Notes: generated by a model not told the origin, from the letters alone. DNA of 64,000 nucleotides from Candidatus Woesearchaeota archaeon (GCA_016203225.1 JACQNC010000008.1:231-64230); one strand, 5' to 3'. Shown: positions 1 through 8,444, counted from the stretch's first letter. Numbers and translations are program-made.

Positions 1-1
1 G

Positions 2-256
2 CAAACTTTAAAATCTCAATATGGGTTTAGTTCAGGAGAAACCGTTGCTGAGAATATTTGGATGATAAGCGGCGGTCTTGCCAATTCAGATGAAGCATTA
101 ACTTCGTGGTTAGGTAGTCAAGGACATTATGCTAATCTATTCTATAGAGATCATGTCAAAGGAGCCATTGGGTGTTATGGACAATACTGCGTATTTAATG
201 GAGTTCATAATGATGCATATGGATTAGGAGCAGCTCCTTGCTCGATGTATGATTAA
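2..256 (+). CDS. CAP/SCP-domain protein, C-terminal part (starts before the window)
   Basis: Frame is open from base 2: ...GETVAENIWMISGG...EALTSWLGSQGHYANLF. AENI and W-x-x-S-x-G-H-x-x-N are typical CAP motifs. AT-rich. Confidence 0.75.
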   Translation, partial: QTLKSQYGFSSGETVAENIWMISGGLANSDEALTSWLGSQGHYANLFYRDHVKGAIGCYGQYCVFNGVHNDAYGLGAAPCSMYD

Positions 257-710
257 AATGGTAAAAAAAGAAACAACAATAACAGGAGCTACGGTTTTAG
301 GTATATTAATCCTGATCTATTTAATTAATGAAATCTGTAAAACAATTTTTGTGCCTTTACTGATAATTACGATTATATGCTTAATAGTGGCCATTATAAT
401 GAGTTTTCTTCAGACAGATTACATTCTGTACGCTTGGATTGGTGTAGGTATCCTACTTGTATTAACAATTATCTCCTATGGATGTGGCTATGGCTTTTAT
501 AATACGGAAATTGGAAAAACCCTTGTTGATGCAGGCAATACATCTTATGAAGCAGTCAATACCGTGAAAGAAGCTGAGCAAACTGCTGAAGATACAATAA
601 AAAATGTTTCAAAGCAAGTTATAGATGAAACAATTAATGCAACAAATCCAAATGACCCTAATATCAAGAATGTGGGGGACTTATCTAAACAACTCATAGA
701 TCTGAGTTAA
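249..710 (+). CDS. Membrane protein of unknown function (about 3 N-terminal TM segments)
   Basis: 153-aa ORF with hydrophobic N-terminal half. Overlaps the CAP gene stop by 8 nt. AT-rich. Confidence 0.65.
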   Translation: MIKMVKKETTITGATVLGILILIYLINEICKTIFVPLLIITIICLIVAIIMSFLQTDYILYAWIGVGILLVLTIISYGCGYGFYNTEIGKTLVDAGNTSYEAVNTVKEAEQTAEDTIKNVSKQVIDETINATNPNDPNIKNVGDLSKQLIDLS

Positions 711-819
711 TCTTAACTTACTTTATTTTGACAACATTCCCTTACTTTGACATTTCCGCAGATTTCTGAATTTTCCGCTTACTTTCATCCGGGATTTTCA
801 GAAATTCATCCAAATTTAG

Positions 820-842
820 TAACGCTTTTGAGGAAAGCGTTA
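820..842. terminator. Perfect 9-bp hairpin between convergent genes
   Basis: TAACGCTTT-tgagg-AAAGCGTTA. Confidence 0.4.
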
Positions 843-957
843 TTAGACGAGAATGTGTCAAATCCATTCGTAACCAGATTTTATCCATTTTCACGACGTG
901 GTAATAATAAGCACGGATTATAAATCTATCGTCTATTTACCATCAATCAGTGACTAT

Positions 958-3495
958 TTATAGCACAACTCCGTCGTATAGGAACTCTTTCACGTCCTTG
1001 CCGCCCGCGACAAGCCGTTTCACGACGGTGCACAGCTGGCTGTTGAATGGGTGGCCGCACTCGCCGTTCGTGCCACCTGAACACGTGGTCGAACAGCAGG
1101 TCTTCTGCGCTCCGAGATAGGCGTCGCGCGAGCCCGCGATGCGGTGCTGCTGCTTGTAGCTCGCGACCACGAGGTTCGCCAGTCCTTGGATCCTGTGTGT
1201 CCTGTTCTGGAACGCGTCGTATTGCGTGAACTGGATGCGGTCGAACGATTCCGCGTCAGCGTACGTGAAGTGCATCGAGGGCCGGTGGCATTCGCTCTCC
1301 TCGGCGAACCGGCTGCGGTTTCCGAGCCCGAGCAATGCCCCAGTGAACGTCTGGCCCGCGACGCGCTCCATCGCGCGCAGATACAGCATCTCCTGTATGG
1401 TGTAGCTCGGTTTCTCGTTCGGCGAGCGTTTGTAGTCGAAGATCATCGGGATGATCCGGCCGCCGATCACGCGGGCAAGCGCGTCGGCGTGGCCGAACCA
1501 GGTTATCATCGGGAGTTCGCCGTCCTCGGTCTCGGGGTTGGCGACGCTCGCCCACAGTTCGACCTCGGTCGATTTCAGCAACGCGTCATCGAGCGTCCAT
1601 AGCGGCCAGAGCGCGATCTCGTGGCGTTTCGTGCCAGCGATCGCCCATTTGTGGGGGATGATGTCGACAGGCAGTTTCGCTGGATCGATCTTCGCGAGGA
1701 TCCTCGCGACCGGGCATTCTGACGAGAATTCGCTCGGCCGGATCGAATAACGATCAGGCCGCGACGGCGTGACAGGCCACGGCTCGATCCTGCCAAGCGG
1801 TTGTTCTTTCCGGAGCCAGGCCTGCAATTTTGGATCGCCGAGCAGCCGGCGCAACGAGCGCGTCTGATACTCCCCTTTCTCGCCTATCAGCGCGACGGTC
1901 GCGTCCATGCGGTTGAGGAGCCGCATGTCGTCCTCCCATCGCGTGCACGCGTAGCCCTGCATGATGCTGTCCTCGCGCAGGATGTCGCGCTCGTCGGCTT
2001 CGCGCACCTGGCCGTTCTCGTCGCGGTACTGGATGCGTTTCCAGCGCAATTCCTTGAACACCCTCTCGGGGTCGACGAGTGGTTTTCCGTCGTACTTGCG
2101 CATCAGCGCTTTCCGCACGTCAGCGAGCGTGAACCTGTTGTCCGCGATGTCGCAGGCGCAGTGCTCGACACGGGAAACGTATCCGGGCGTCCTGCTGTTC
2201 TGCAGGTCGAGCGCCTTCAGCCCGGCACGCGAGCACTTGATGCGGCCGTTGTTCGGGCACGTCTCGCACGGTTCGTACACGGGCTCAGCAAGGCTCGCGG
2301 CAGGCACGGGCGTGATGAGACGCGGATGCGTCTTGGTGGTCTGAACCTGGGTCCTGTAGAGCGCGCCCATCAGACGTTCGATCGCGCTGCTGTCTGCCTC
2401 CTTGCGGACGGCCATTTTCGAGTTCTTCATGACTCCGTCGCCGAAATCATCGATCGCGACGCCGGTGAGCTTGCTTACGGACTGCATGATATTCATCTCG
2501 GGCGAGGAGCGTGACAGGAAGCATCGCAATGACGTCAGTCCGAGCACGTTCGCCATCGACGCGTACGCGGCAGCGATGACCTCGCGGTTGAACTCGACGT
2601 CCTTTCGCAGGACGCGGTACACTACGCGTTCAGTGACCTGCGCGAGTCTCTCCTCGTTTCCGAACAGCCGCTTGAGTTCGCCCAGTTTCTCCTCGTCCAG
2701 CGGCTCGCCTTCCTGGAACTTGCGCACGAGGTGCACCAAGCGTCTGCCGAACGCGTCCTTTGCCGAGTCGCTGTCTATGAGCGTGTCGCTGAACTGGTAG
2801 ATCGCCTTGCGCCACGCCTCGCTCGTTGGGTCCTTCGTCGTGGTGCCGAACGTGTCATCGATCCGTCCTTCCGTCGCTTTGATGACGTCGTCCAGCGAAT
2901 GCGTCAACGTACCTTCCTGCGTCGCGTGGAACGGGAGCATCACCGGCATGACCTGGACAAAGTGCACGTCGTCGTGCAGATCCCAGCGATACTTCTTCGC
3001 CAGGTCGCGGATGCCGAACAGGATAGCATCGGTCAAAAAGTTGCGCTCGCATGCGTAGTCGACACCGAGATAGCGCGGGTTGGCGTCACCTTGATCGATG
3101 CTGATCCCGGGGATGAAGAAGACCTGCTTGTCTTTCAGCGTCCCGAGTTTTTTCGCGAGTTCTTCGTGATAGGTCCTGTAGCGCTGCACGCCGCGCACGA
3201 TCTCGTCCTTCTTCGCCCATTCTTTCGTGCGTTCGAGGATGTGCTTGTACTTCGTGGACTCCAATCTCGTGTTCACGCGGCTGTTGAGCAAGGGTTCCAG
3301 CTGGAAGTACAATCGCGCGTGCTTGCTCGGGTCCGCGAGCCGCCAGATAGTGGGCGTGAGCCAGGAGACTGCCATTGGAGTGATGCGTGCCTTTAAGAGC
3401 GCGGAGACCTGTGCATACGAAGGCCAGCAAGGTCCGTTGCAAACGATCATGACCTGATGCAACGGACGCAGCGCTCGGTACGCATCACCTGTCAA
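958..3495 (-). CDS. Large protein with C-terminal Cas4-like PD-(D/E)XK nuclease domain; N-terminal ~580 aa unassigned
   Basis: IRPSEFSSECP...GTKRHE...GHADA...IFDYK...IQEMLY...CC-x3-C...C-x8-C. Start uncertain (TTG at 3495 or ATG at 3450). Confidence 0.7.
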   Translation of the reverse strand: MTGDAYRALRPLHQVMIVCNGPCWPSYAQVSALLKARITPMAVSWLTPTIWRLADPSKHARLYFQLEPLLNSRVNTRLESTKYKHILERTKEWAKKDEIVRGVQRYRTYHEELAKKLGTLKDKQVFFIPGISIDQGDANPRYLGVDYACERNFLTDAILFGIRDLAKKYRWDLHDDVHFVQVMPVMLPFHATQEGTLTHSLDDVIKATEGRIDDTFGTTTKDPTSEAWRKAIYQFSDTLIDSDSAKDAFGRRLVHLVRKFQEGEPLDEEKLGELKRLFGNEERLAQVTERVVYRVLRKDVEFNREVIAAAYASMANVLGLTSLRCFLSRSSPEMNIMQSVSKLTGVAIDDFGDGVMKNSKMAVRKEADSSAIERLMGALYRTQVQTTKTHPRLITPVPAASLAEPVYEPCETCPNNGRIKCSRAGLKALDLQNSRTPGYVSRVEHCACDIADNRFTLADVRKALMRKYDGKPLVDPERVFKELRWKRIQYRDENGQVREADERDILREDSIMQGYACTRWEDDMRLLNRMDATVALIGEKGEYQTRSLRRLLGDPKLQAWLRKEQPLGRIEPWPVTPSRPDRYSIRPSEFSSECPVARILAKIDPAKLPVDIIPHKWAIAGTKRHEIALWPLWTLDDALLKSTEVELWASVANPETEDGELPMITWFGHADALARVIGGRIIPMIFDYKRSPNEKPSYTIQEMLYLRAMERVAGQTFTGALLGLGNRSRFAEESECHRPSMHFTYADAESFDRIQFTQYDAFQNRTHRIQGLANLVVASYKQQHRIAGSRDAYLGAQKTCCSTTCSGGTNGECGHPFNSQLCTVVKRLVAGGKDVKEFLYDGVVL

Positions 3496-3501
3496 TACTT
3501 A

Positions 3502-3507
3502 TTTAAA
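3502..3507. promoter_or_regulatory. Palindromic TATA-like box (TTTAAA) in the 43-bp divergent spacer
   Basis: Only AT-rich element between the two divergent start codons; could serve both genes. Confidence 0.45.
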
Positions 3508-3538
3508 GCTTCTGACGTGTCCCTACTCTCGGATAGTT

Positions 3539-6358
3539 ATGGAATTATGGTTGGCGGGTGTGGACCAGGCGGCGCGGAACAACCAGCAGTTCATGCAGGT
3601 CTATGGCCGCACGCCGGAAGGCGTGGGCTACGGTCCTGTTCGTGTCCTCGCGGGCACGAGTTGGGTCAGCAAGGACGCCAAGGCGTACGAGGACGCGAAG
3701 CGCATCAAGGATGCGGTCGCCGAAGCGGTCACGGGTTCATTATGCGGCGCGAAGCCGTATGGAACGACAGCAAACCGCCGCTGGGTGGTGTGGGTGATGA
3801 CGTTCGATGACGCGCAGCGCACGCTGCTCTCGGACAAGTGGGGCCCGCAGTTCGAATCACTATCCTTATCCGACCGTGTCTACACGCGTCTCCACCTGCC
3901 AGAGCAACGCCTGGCGGTGAGGAAGGATCTCGAAGCGGCATTACGGGATCAACGCGAACTCCACGACACGCTCGCGACGGTCCACAGTGACTACCTGTTG
4001 CCGTTGCTCGCGGAGGGAGTCTGGCTCGAGGACGCGTTGCGCTGGCTGCACCAACCCGACAAGGACGCAGACAAGCTGTTGGGCCGGATCAGGACTGAGA
4101 AGAGAGCGAGGTTGGAGGCGTTTTATCGCGTGAACGCTGCCGCGTTGAGCAGAGACACGGCACCTGTCCTCGAGGACATGAATCGTCGCGCAGACGATCT
4201 CGAGGCGAAGCTGAAAGGGATCGCGCCCGAGAACTTCCTCGAGCGCTGCTGGACCGACATCGACGATCCGAACCCGATGCGCAGCATCATCTATCTCGCG
4301 AACAAGGACGGCATGCACATCATCCCGACTCCGAACAAGGACCGTCCCGAGATCGAGGTCAGATCGAGCGATCACTTGCTCCAGCGCAGGATATCATACG
4401 ACGAAGAGACCTCCTTGTGGTGGGAGGGCAGGACGCTGATCCATAGCCTCGCAGCCGGAGGCCCGCAAGGCTATGTGGTGTACACGATCTTCCCGACGAA
4501 AGCGACGAGACTTGAAGCAGGCGGAGTCACCGCAGAGGTGCGGAGCTTCAACAACGGTGAGCGCGACTGGGACGACTTGCGTCCGGTGAGCAGGCGCATG
4601 ATGTTCGAGGCCGCGAAAGTCATCAGGGCAGCAGAGCTGCGCATCACGCAGAATGGGCTCGGCTACGACAACCCGATGGCGAACAAGCCCGGTCTGTTCC
4701 CGGTCTGTTCGGACAACTCGGGTTGCCAGACGATCCCGTTCAGGCGCGGTATCATCGACACGTACGGCCGCCAGGGCAGCGCTGACGCTGTCGATTTCGA
4801 CCTGATGTGGATGGTGCGCGCCAACCTGATGGCGTTCCAGACCGACGCCAAGATCGAGACGACCTCTGCGTTCTCGCGCCTGTTCTTCGACCTAGGGCCG
4901 AAGTACGTCAAGCTCCATACTTACCAAGACCAGATCAAGCTGGCCGAGCGCGCCCGGAACGGCGATGAGGTTGCGACACTCGAGGACGCGCGCTACAACG
5001 TGGAGGACACTCGCGAGACGGAGCTCATCGCGGCCGCGTACGCGCCGATCCGGCTGAACATCGCGAGAGTCTGCAAGGTGCCGTACTTCGATGCGTTCAA
5101 CGAGAGCCCCAAGAGCATCGCGCTGTCTTACACGGACCGCGTCCACATGAGCGCCGTGCACGCGCCGCGCGACCGCCAGATGTACGCGGACTTCGATGAG
5201 GATAAGGCGATGGCGCGACTGTCTGACAAAGCGTTGGGCTGGAAGCACCGGCCGGGCCTGCACCAGGGCGTCCTCGTCGCGTATTACCCGTTCTCCGAGC
5301 ATCTCGCGCCGGTGCTGAGGAACGACCCGGCGATGGCCGCGATGCTTGATCTCGCGCAGAACGCCAAGAACCCTGTAGAGGCGTACATGTATCATCTCGT
5401 GTGCGAGGGCTGGGCTGGTGAGGTCCTGTGCGATATCGACCGCGTCAGGGAGTATCCTGGCTATGATAAGGTCATCTGGAGCAAGTACGGCAGGACCGCC
5501 GCGGATATCGAACGGGTGATGAACGAACGCATATCAGGGCTACCGCTACGGTTCGCGCACGCGAACGTCGTCAACCGCTACCAGAACCTGTTCTTCCTGC
5601 AGAACCTCGCTCCTGAAGAGGCGCGCTCGCGCGGCTTCGTCGTGTTCGGCGAGGCCGACGCGTTGAGCATCGCCAAGGAGTCGCTCACGTACAGGTTGGG
5701 CGGCGAGATCTGCAGTTCAGGCATCTCCATCCCGAGCGCGAAACGTCGTGTCGAGGCGCCCGGGACGAATCCTCGCTGCGCTTTCGAGATCGCCGCCGTG
5801 CGGGATGTCGTCGAGCGGTGCTTCGAGGATCCCGTCGACGCGATGCGGCGCGCGTTCGATTACGCGCACCGGCTCGCGTCAGGCGAGGCGGACCTCTCAT
5901 TGCTCGTCATGAAGGCCACGATGCACGAGGCACCACAGCATTCTACGCCGCAGCAGCAGCGCGCCCGTCGCGGGCGCGTCCTCGCGTCGTTCCCTGAGCT
6001 GAAGCCCGGCGATTCCGTGAATTATTACGTGGCTGACGTGAACGGCCGGGAGGCGTTCATGCGGTACAACCTCGCCGAGCGCTGCCCTGAGTTCTCTATT
6101 GATCCGTGGCTTGGCTGGTACCAGGACCGCATCTTCGGCATCACGGAGAACGTCAAGGAGTATGAGGACGGCACCGAAACGACCGCCAAGTCTCCATCGA
6201 CCGCGTACACGATAGCGAAGGCGCTCGTGCTCGGAAACGGCAGAAGCAAACAGGACGCGGAACGGCTACAGAAATTCCTTGCCGGCGAAGGGACTCCTGA
6301 GGAGTTCACCGCGTTCGTGAGATGCAGCATGAAGAACCGCGAACCGCGGCTGTTCTGA
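3539..6358 (+). CDS. Family-B DNA polymerase homologue, predicted catalytically inactive
   Basis: Colinear PolB landmarks: VYGRTPEG (N-terminal), NGLGYDNP (ExoII), YNVED (ExoIII), PGLHQGVLV (before motif A), RGFVVFGEADAL (in place of GF-x-V-x-YGDTDS), and thumb LKPGDSVNYYV. Motif A Asp, motif B KxxxNSxYG and ExoI DxE are not recognisable. Confidence 0.8.
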   Translation: MELWLAGVDQAARNNQQFMQVYGRTPEGVGYGPVRVLAGTSWVSKDAKAYEDAKRIKDAVAEAVTGSLCGAKPYGTTANRRWVVWVMTFDDAQRTLLSDKWGPQFESLSLSDRVYTRLHLPEQRLAVRKDLEAALRDQRELHDTLATVHSDYLLPLLAEGVWLEDALRWLHQPDKDADKLLGRIRTEKRARLEAFYRVNAAALSRDTAPVLEDMNRRADDLEAKLKGIAPENFLERCWTDIDDPNPMRSIIYLANKDGMHIIPTPNKDRPEIEVRSSDHLLQRRISYDEETSLWWEGRTLIHSLAAGGPQGYVVYTIFPTKATRLEAGGVTAEVRSFNNGERDWDDLRPVSRRMMFEAAKVIRAAELRITQNGLGYDNPMANKPGLFPVCSDNSGCQTIPFRRGIIDTYGRQGSADAVDFDLMWMVRANLMAFQTDAKIETTSAFSRLFFDLGPKYVKLHTYQDQIKLAERARNGDEVATLEDARYNVEDTRETELIAAAYAPIRLNIARVCKVPYFDAFNESPKSIALSYTDRVHMSAVHAPRDRQMYADFDEDKAMARLSDKALGWKHRPGLHQGVLVAYYPFSEHLAPVLRNDPAMAAMLDLAQNAKNPVEAYMYHLVCEGWAGEVLCDIDRVREYPGYDKVIWSKYGRTAADIERVMNERISGLPLRFAHANVVNRYQNLFFLQNLAPEEARSRGFVVFGEADALSIAKESLTYRLGGEICSSGISIPSAKRRVEAPGTNPRCAFEIAAVRDVVERCFEDPVDAMRRAFDYAHRLASGEADLSLLVMKATMHEAPQHSTPQQQRARRGRVLASFPELKPGDSVNYYVADVNGREAFMRYNLAERCPEFSIDPWLGWYQDRIFGITENVKEYEDGTETTAKSPSTAYTIAKALVLGNGRSKQDAERLQKFLAGEGTPEEFTAFVRCSMKNREPRLF

Positions 6359-6365
6359 GCCCAAG

Positions 6366-6457
6366 CGTTCCCAGGGATCCCACCCAAGCAGATTGGTAGT
6401 GGCATCATTGGTATTGATTCGATTGCCGTAACACTACGTCAATCGTGCCGGGGGAGA
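6366..6457 (+). repeat. Dispersed palindromic repeat, copy 1
   Basis: GCGTTCCCAGG...CCCAAGCAGATTGGTAGTG...CACTACGTCAATCGTGCCGGGGGAGA. Positions 6383-6455 align without gaps to the reverse complement of the 41.1-kb copy (53/73 identical by my count). Confidence 0.85.
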
Positions 6458-6485
6458 GAAGAGGGGGCTGCAACGATGCGAGAAC

Positions 6486-6866
6486 TCAAATCAATATCGC
6501 GTTGACTTGGCCTTCCTGACCGGGGCGGTTAGTGACCTTTGCCTTGCCTTTGTCGGTCTCGATGACGGTTCCTTTCGTGAGGATGTTCCGTCGCACGTAG
6601 TGGCGGTTGGCGGGGTTGCCCGTGACGATCTTGATCGCGGCCTTGGTGAACTTCTTGGCCTTGGGGTCGTAGAGGTTGCACACGTCGGTGGCGACCTGGT
6701 GGACCTTGATGCCGCCGCCCTTGGTGCGCATGCTTTCGAGTCTGCGTGGCTCGACGCGCGGCAGCGTCGGGTGGTTTCCCATCTCGTACAGCTTCTTGCC
6801 GCGGTGCTCTTTCTTGCGGCCGCCGGAAGGCGTGCTGTCCTTGATGGCGCGTTGGATTACGACCAT
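6486..6866 (-). CDS. rps8e: 30S ribosomal protein S8e
   Basis: GGRKKEHRGKKLYEMG...RTKGG...NRHYVRRNILTKGTVIET...VTNRPGQEGQVNAIL. Confidence 0.97.
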   Translation of the reverse strand: MVVIQRAIKDSTPSGGRKKEHRGKKLYEMGNHPTLPRVEPRRLESMRTKGGGIKVHQVATDVCNLYDPKAKKFTKAAIKIVTGNPANRHYVRRNILTKGTVIETDKGKAKVTNRPGQEGQVNAILI

Positions 6867-6890
6867 ATCCTCGAAGCGCTGTTGGGTGAT

Positions 6891-6898
6891 TTATAAAG
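6891..6898 (-). promoter_or_regulatory. Archaeal TATA box for rps8e (likely leaderless transcript)
   Basis: CTTTATAA on the minus strand, about 25 nt before the ATG. Confidence 0.6.
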
Positions 6899-7035
6899 GT
6901 TTCTCTCACGCTCGTGCTCTTCCGTGGTTCTTCCGGTCCGCACCGGAAGAACAGAGTGTCGCACCGGAAGCCTTCCGGTTTTTTCTCCGCAATCCATGTA
7001 AAAAGCAGACGCCCGTATGAGGTTGAGGTGTAACA

Positions 7036-7278
7036 ATGGGATTATGCAAATTCGTGAAACGGATGGTGCTGTACGGCGGGATCACTGTCGCGGGATTGTA
7101 CGCGATGGCGAGCTGCCAGCACAAGCCAGAAGCGCAGCCGAGCCGACTAGAGCGCGTCGCGGATGAGGGACTAAAGCAGGTCCAGACAGGCATCGGCGCC
7201 GGCCACAAAGGACTGGACTATCTTGACAAGCGAGTCAATGACGCGAGAGAGTACTTGAACGTGGAGGAACGGAAATGA
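7036..7278 (+). CDS. Small membrane-anchored hypothetical protein
   Basis: 80 aa, N-terminal hydrophobic stretch ending in ...AMASC. ATGA overlap with the next ORF. Confidence 0.55.
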   Translation: MGLCKFVKRMVLYGGITVAGLYAMASCQHKPEAQPSRLERVADEGLKQVQTGIGAGHKGLDYLDKRVNDAREYLNVEERK

Positions 7279-8444
7279 TAGCTACACAAGCGCCGGGAGA
7301 GAGCGAGCATCCTGCTCAGGCGAACGACCAGGAAGAGCGATTGCGCGGCGAGTTCGTGCAGTTCGTGCTGGCCACGGGCCAGATGCACAGCAGGTACACG
7401 GCGGAAGCTCTGTGGGAGAGCACATCGCCCGACGAACGGATGATGTATATCGACCATGTCAGGGTCAAGTGCGACGACCGCAAGCCCGCGGAGGCGCCGC
7501 GGCCGTCCGTGCTGGACACGCTCACGGAACGCATCGGCAAGCTAACCGTCAACAACGGCATCGACACGCTACTCACGAAGAACGAGAAGGTCGCGTGTCT
7601 GTCCTTCGGAGAGCGGGTCTGGTATCACGCCCTGCAGGCGACGGACAGCATGCGGCTCGGCAAGAAAGGGGGCAAAGCCGAGAAGTACGTCGCGAAGATG
7701 GAGCCCGAGATATCGTTCCGTTATACGATGGACACGATAGGGCTCTACCAGCGTTCGAACGAGGAGGTCGGAAGGGATCTCGAGACCTCGCACGCGCAGC
7801 AGGGCGCCGCGCGTCTCCGGCGGAACGAGATCACCAAGCGCATCATCGACCAGAAGGAGGAGTATGATTCGCTGGAGAGGTTCTGCCAGACATCCGAGAT
7901 CAGCAAGCGCAGGGAGATCGCGAAGCATGCGGATGGCGTGTTCGACTACGCTTTCCTGCGCGAGCTGAACGACGGCAAGGTGGACGATGTCGAGCCTGCC
8001 CAGCAGAAGATGGAGGGCTTGCTCGATGAGATCAACGCGGACTGGCTGCTCTTCCAGCTCGAGGACCAGACGTACCGGAGTTGGAAGTGCACTGTGCAGG
8101 CGTACGAGCGGGTGTCGCGCAGGCTCAAGGTGGACCAGCGCTATCTCGAGGCGTTCTGCAAGCGCACCAAGACCGAGGCGAACGTCGACGTGCTCAAACG
8201 AGCTCTCGATTTCCTGCAGAAGTACGAAGGCTTCGTGGCAGGGATCAGCAGGCTCAGCAGGACGTACGATTCGTTCAACGTGTCGGTGGGCCAGTCAGGG
8301 CTGAATCCGGGCTATCTCACGGGGATCGCGAGCCAGGTGCATGGCAAGGACGTGGCCGACCGCCTGAAATCGCTGTACGGCCAGAACCGGCGCTCAGCGA
8401 CGGACATAATGCAGATGGTAAAGAAGAGGATATGCGAGGACTGA
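7275..8444 (+). CDS. Hypothetical, largely helical protein
   Basis: 389-aa ORF with genome-typical codon use, coupled to the upstream ORF. No motif recognised. Confidence 0.65.
   Translation: MIATQAPGESEHPAQANDQEERLRGEFVQFVLATGQMHSRYTAEALWESTSPDERMMYIDHVRVKCDDRKPAEAPRPSVLDTLTERIGKLTVNNGIDTLLTKNEKVACLSFGERVWYHALQATDSMRLGKKGGKAEKYVAKMEPEISFRYTMDTIGLYQRSNEEVGRDLETSHAQQGAARLRRNEITKRIIDQKEEYDSLERFCQTSEISKRREIAKHADGVFDYAFLRELNDGKVDDVEPAQQKMEGLLDEINADWLLFQLEDQTYRSWKCTVQAYERVSRRLKVDQRYLEAFCKRTKTEANVDVLKRALDFLQKYEGFVAGISRLSRTYDSFNVSVGQSGLNPGYLTGIASQVHGKDVADRLKSLYGQNRRSATDIMQMVKKRICED

Noticed and set aside
728-752. Two TTGACA hexamers (bacterial -35 boxes)
   Set aside because: Expected by chance in AT-rich DNA, with no matched -10 box or downstream plus-strand gene.
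958-6358. Casposon or CRISPR adaptation locus
   Set aside because: No cas1, cas2 or repeat-spacer array in the window, no terminal inverted repeats seen, and the PolB lacks catalytic motifs.
3539-6358. Intein or split polymerase explaining the missing motifs
   Set aside because: No intein-like C/S...HN boundaries or LAGLIDADG motifs were seen, and the PolB landmarks are colinear to the thumb.
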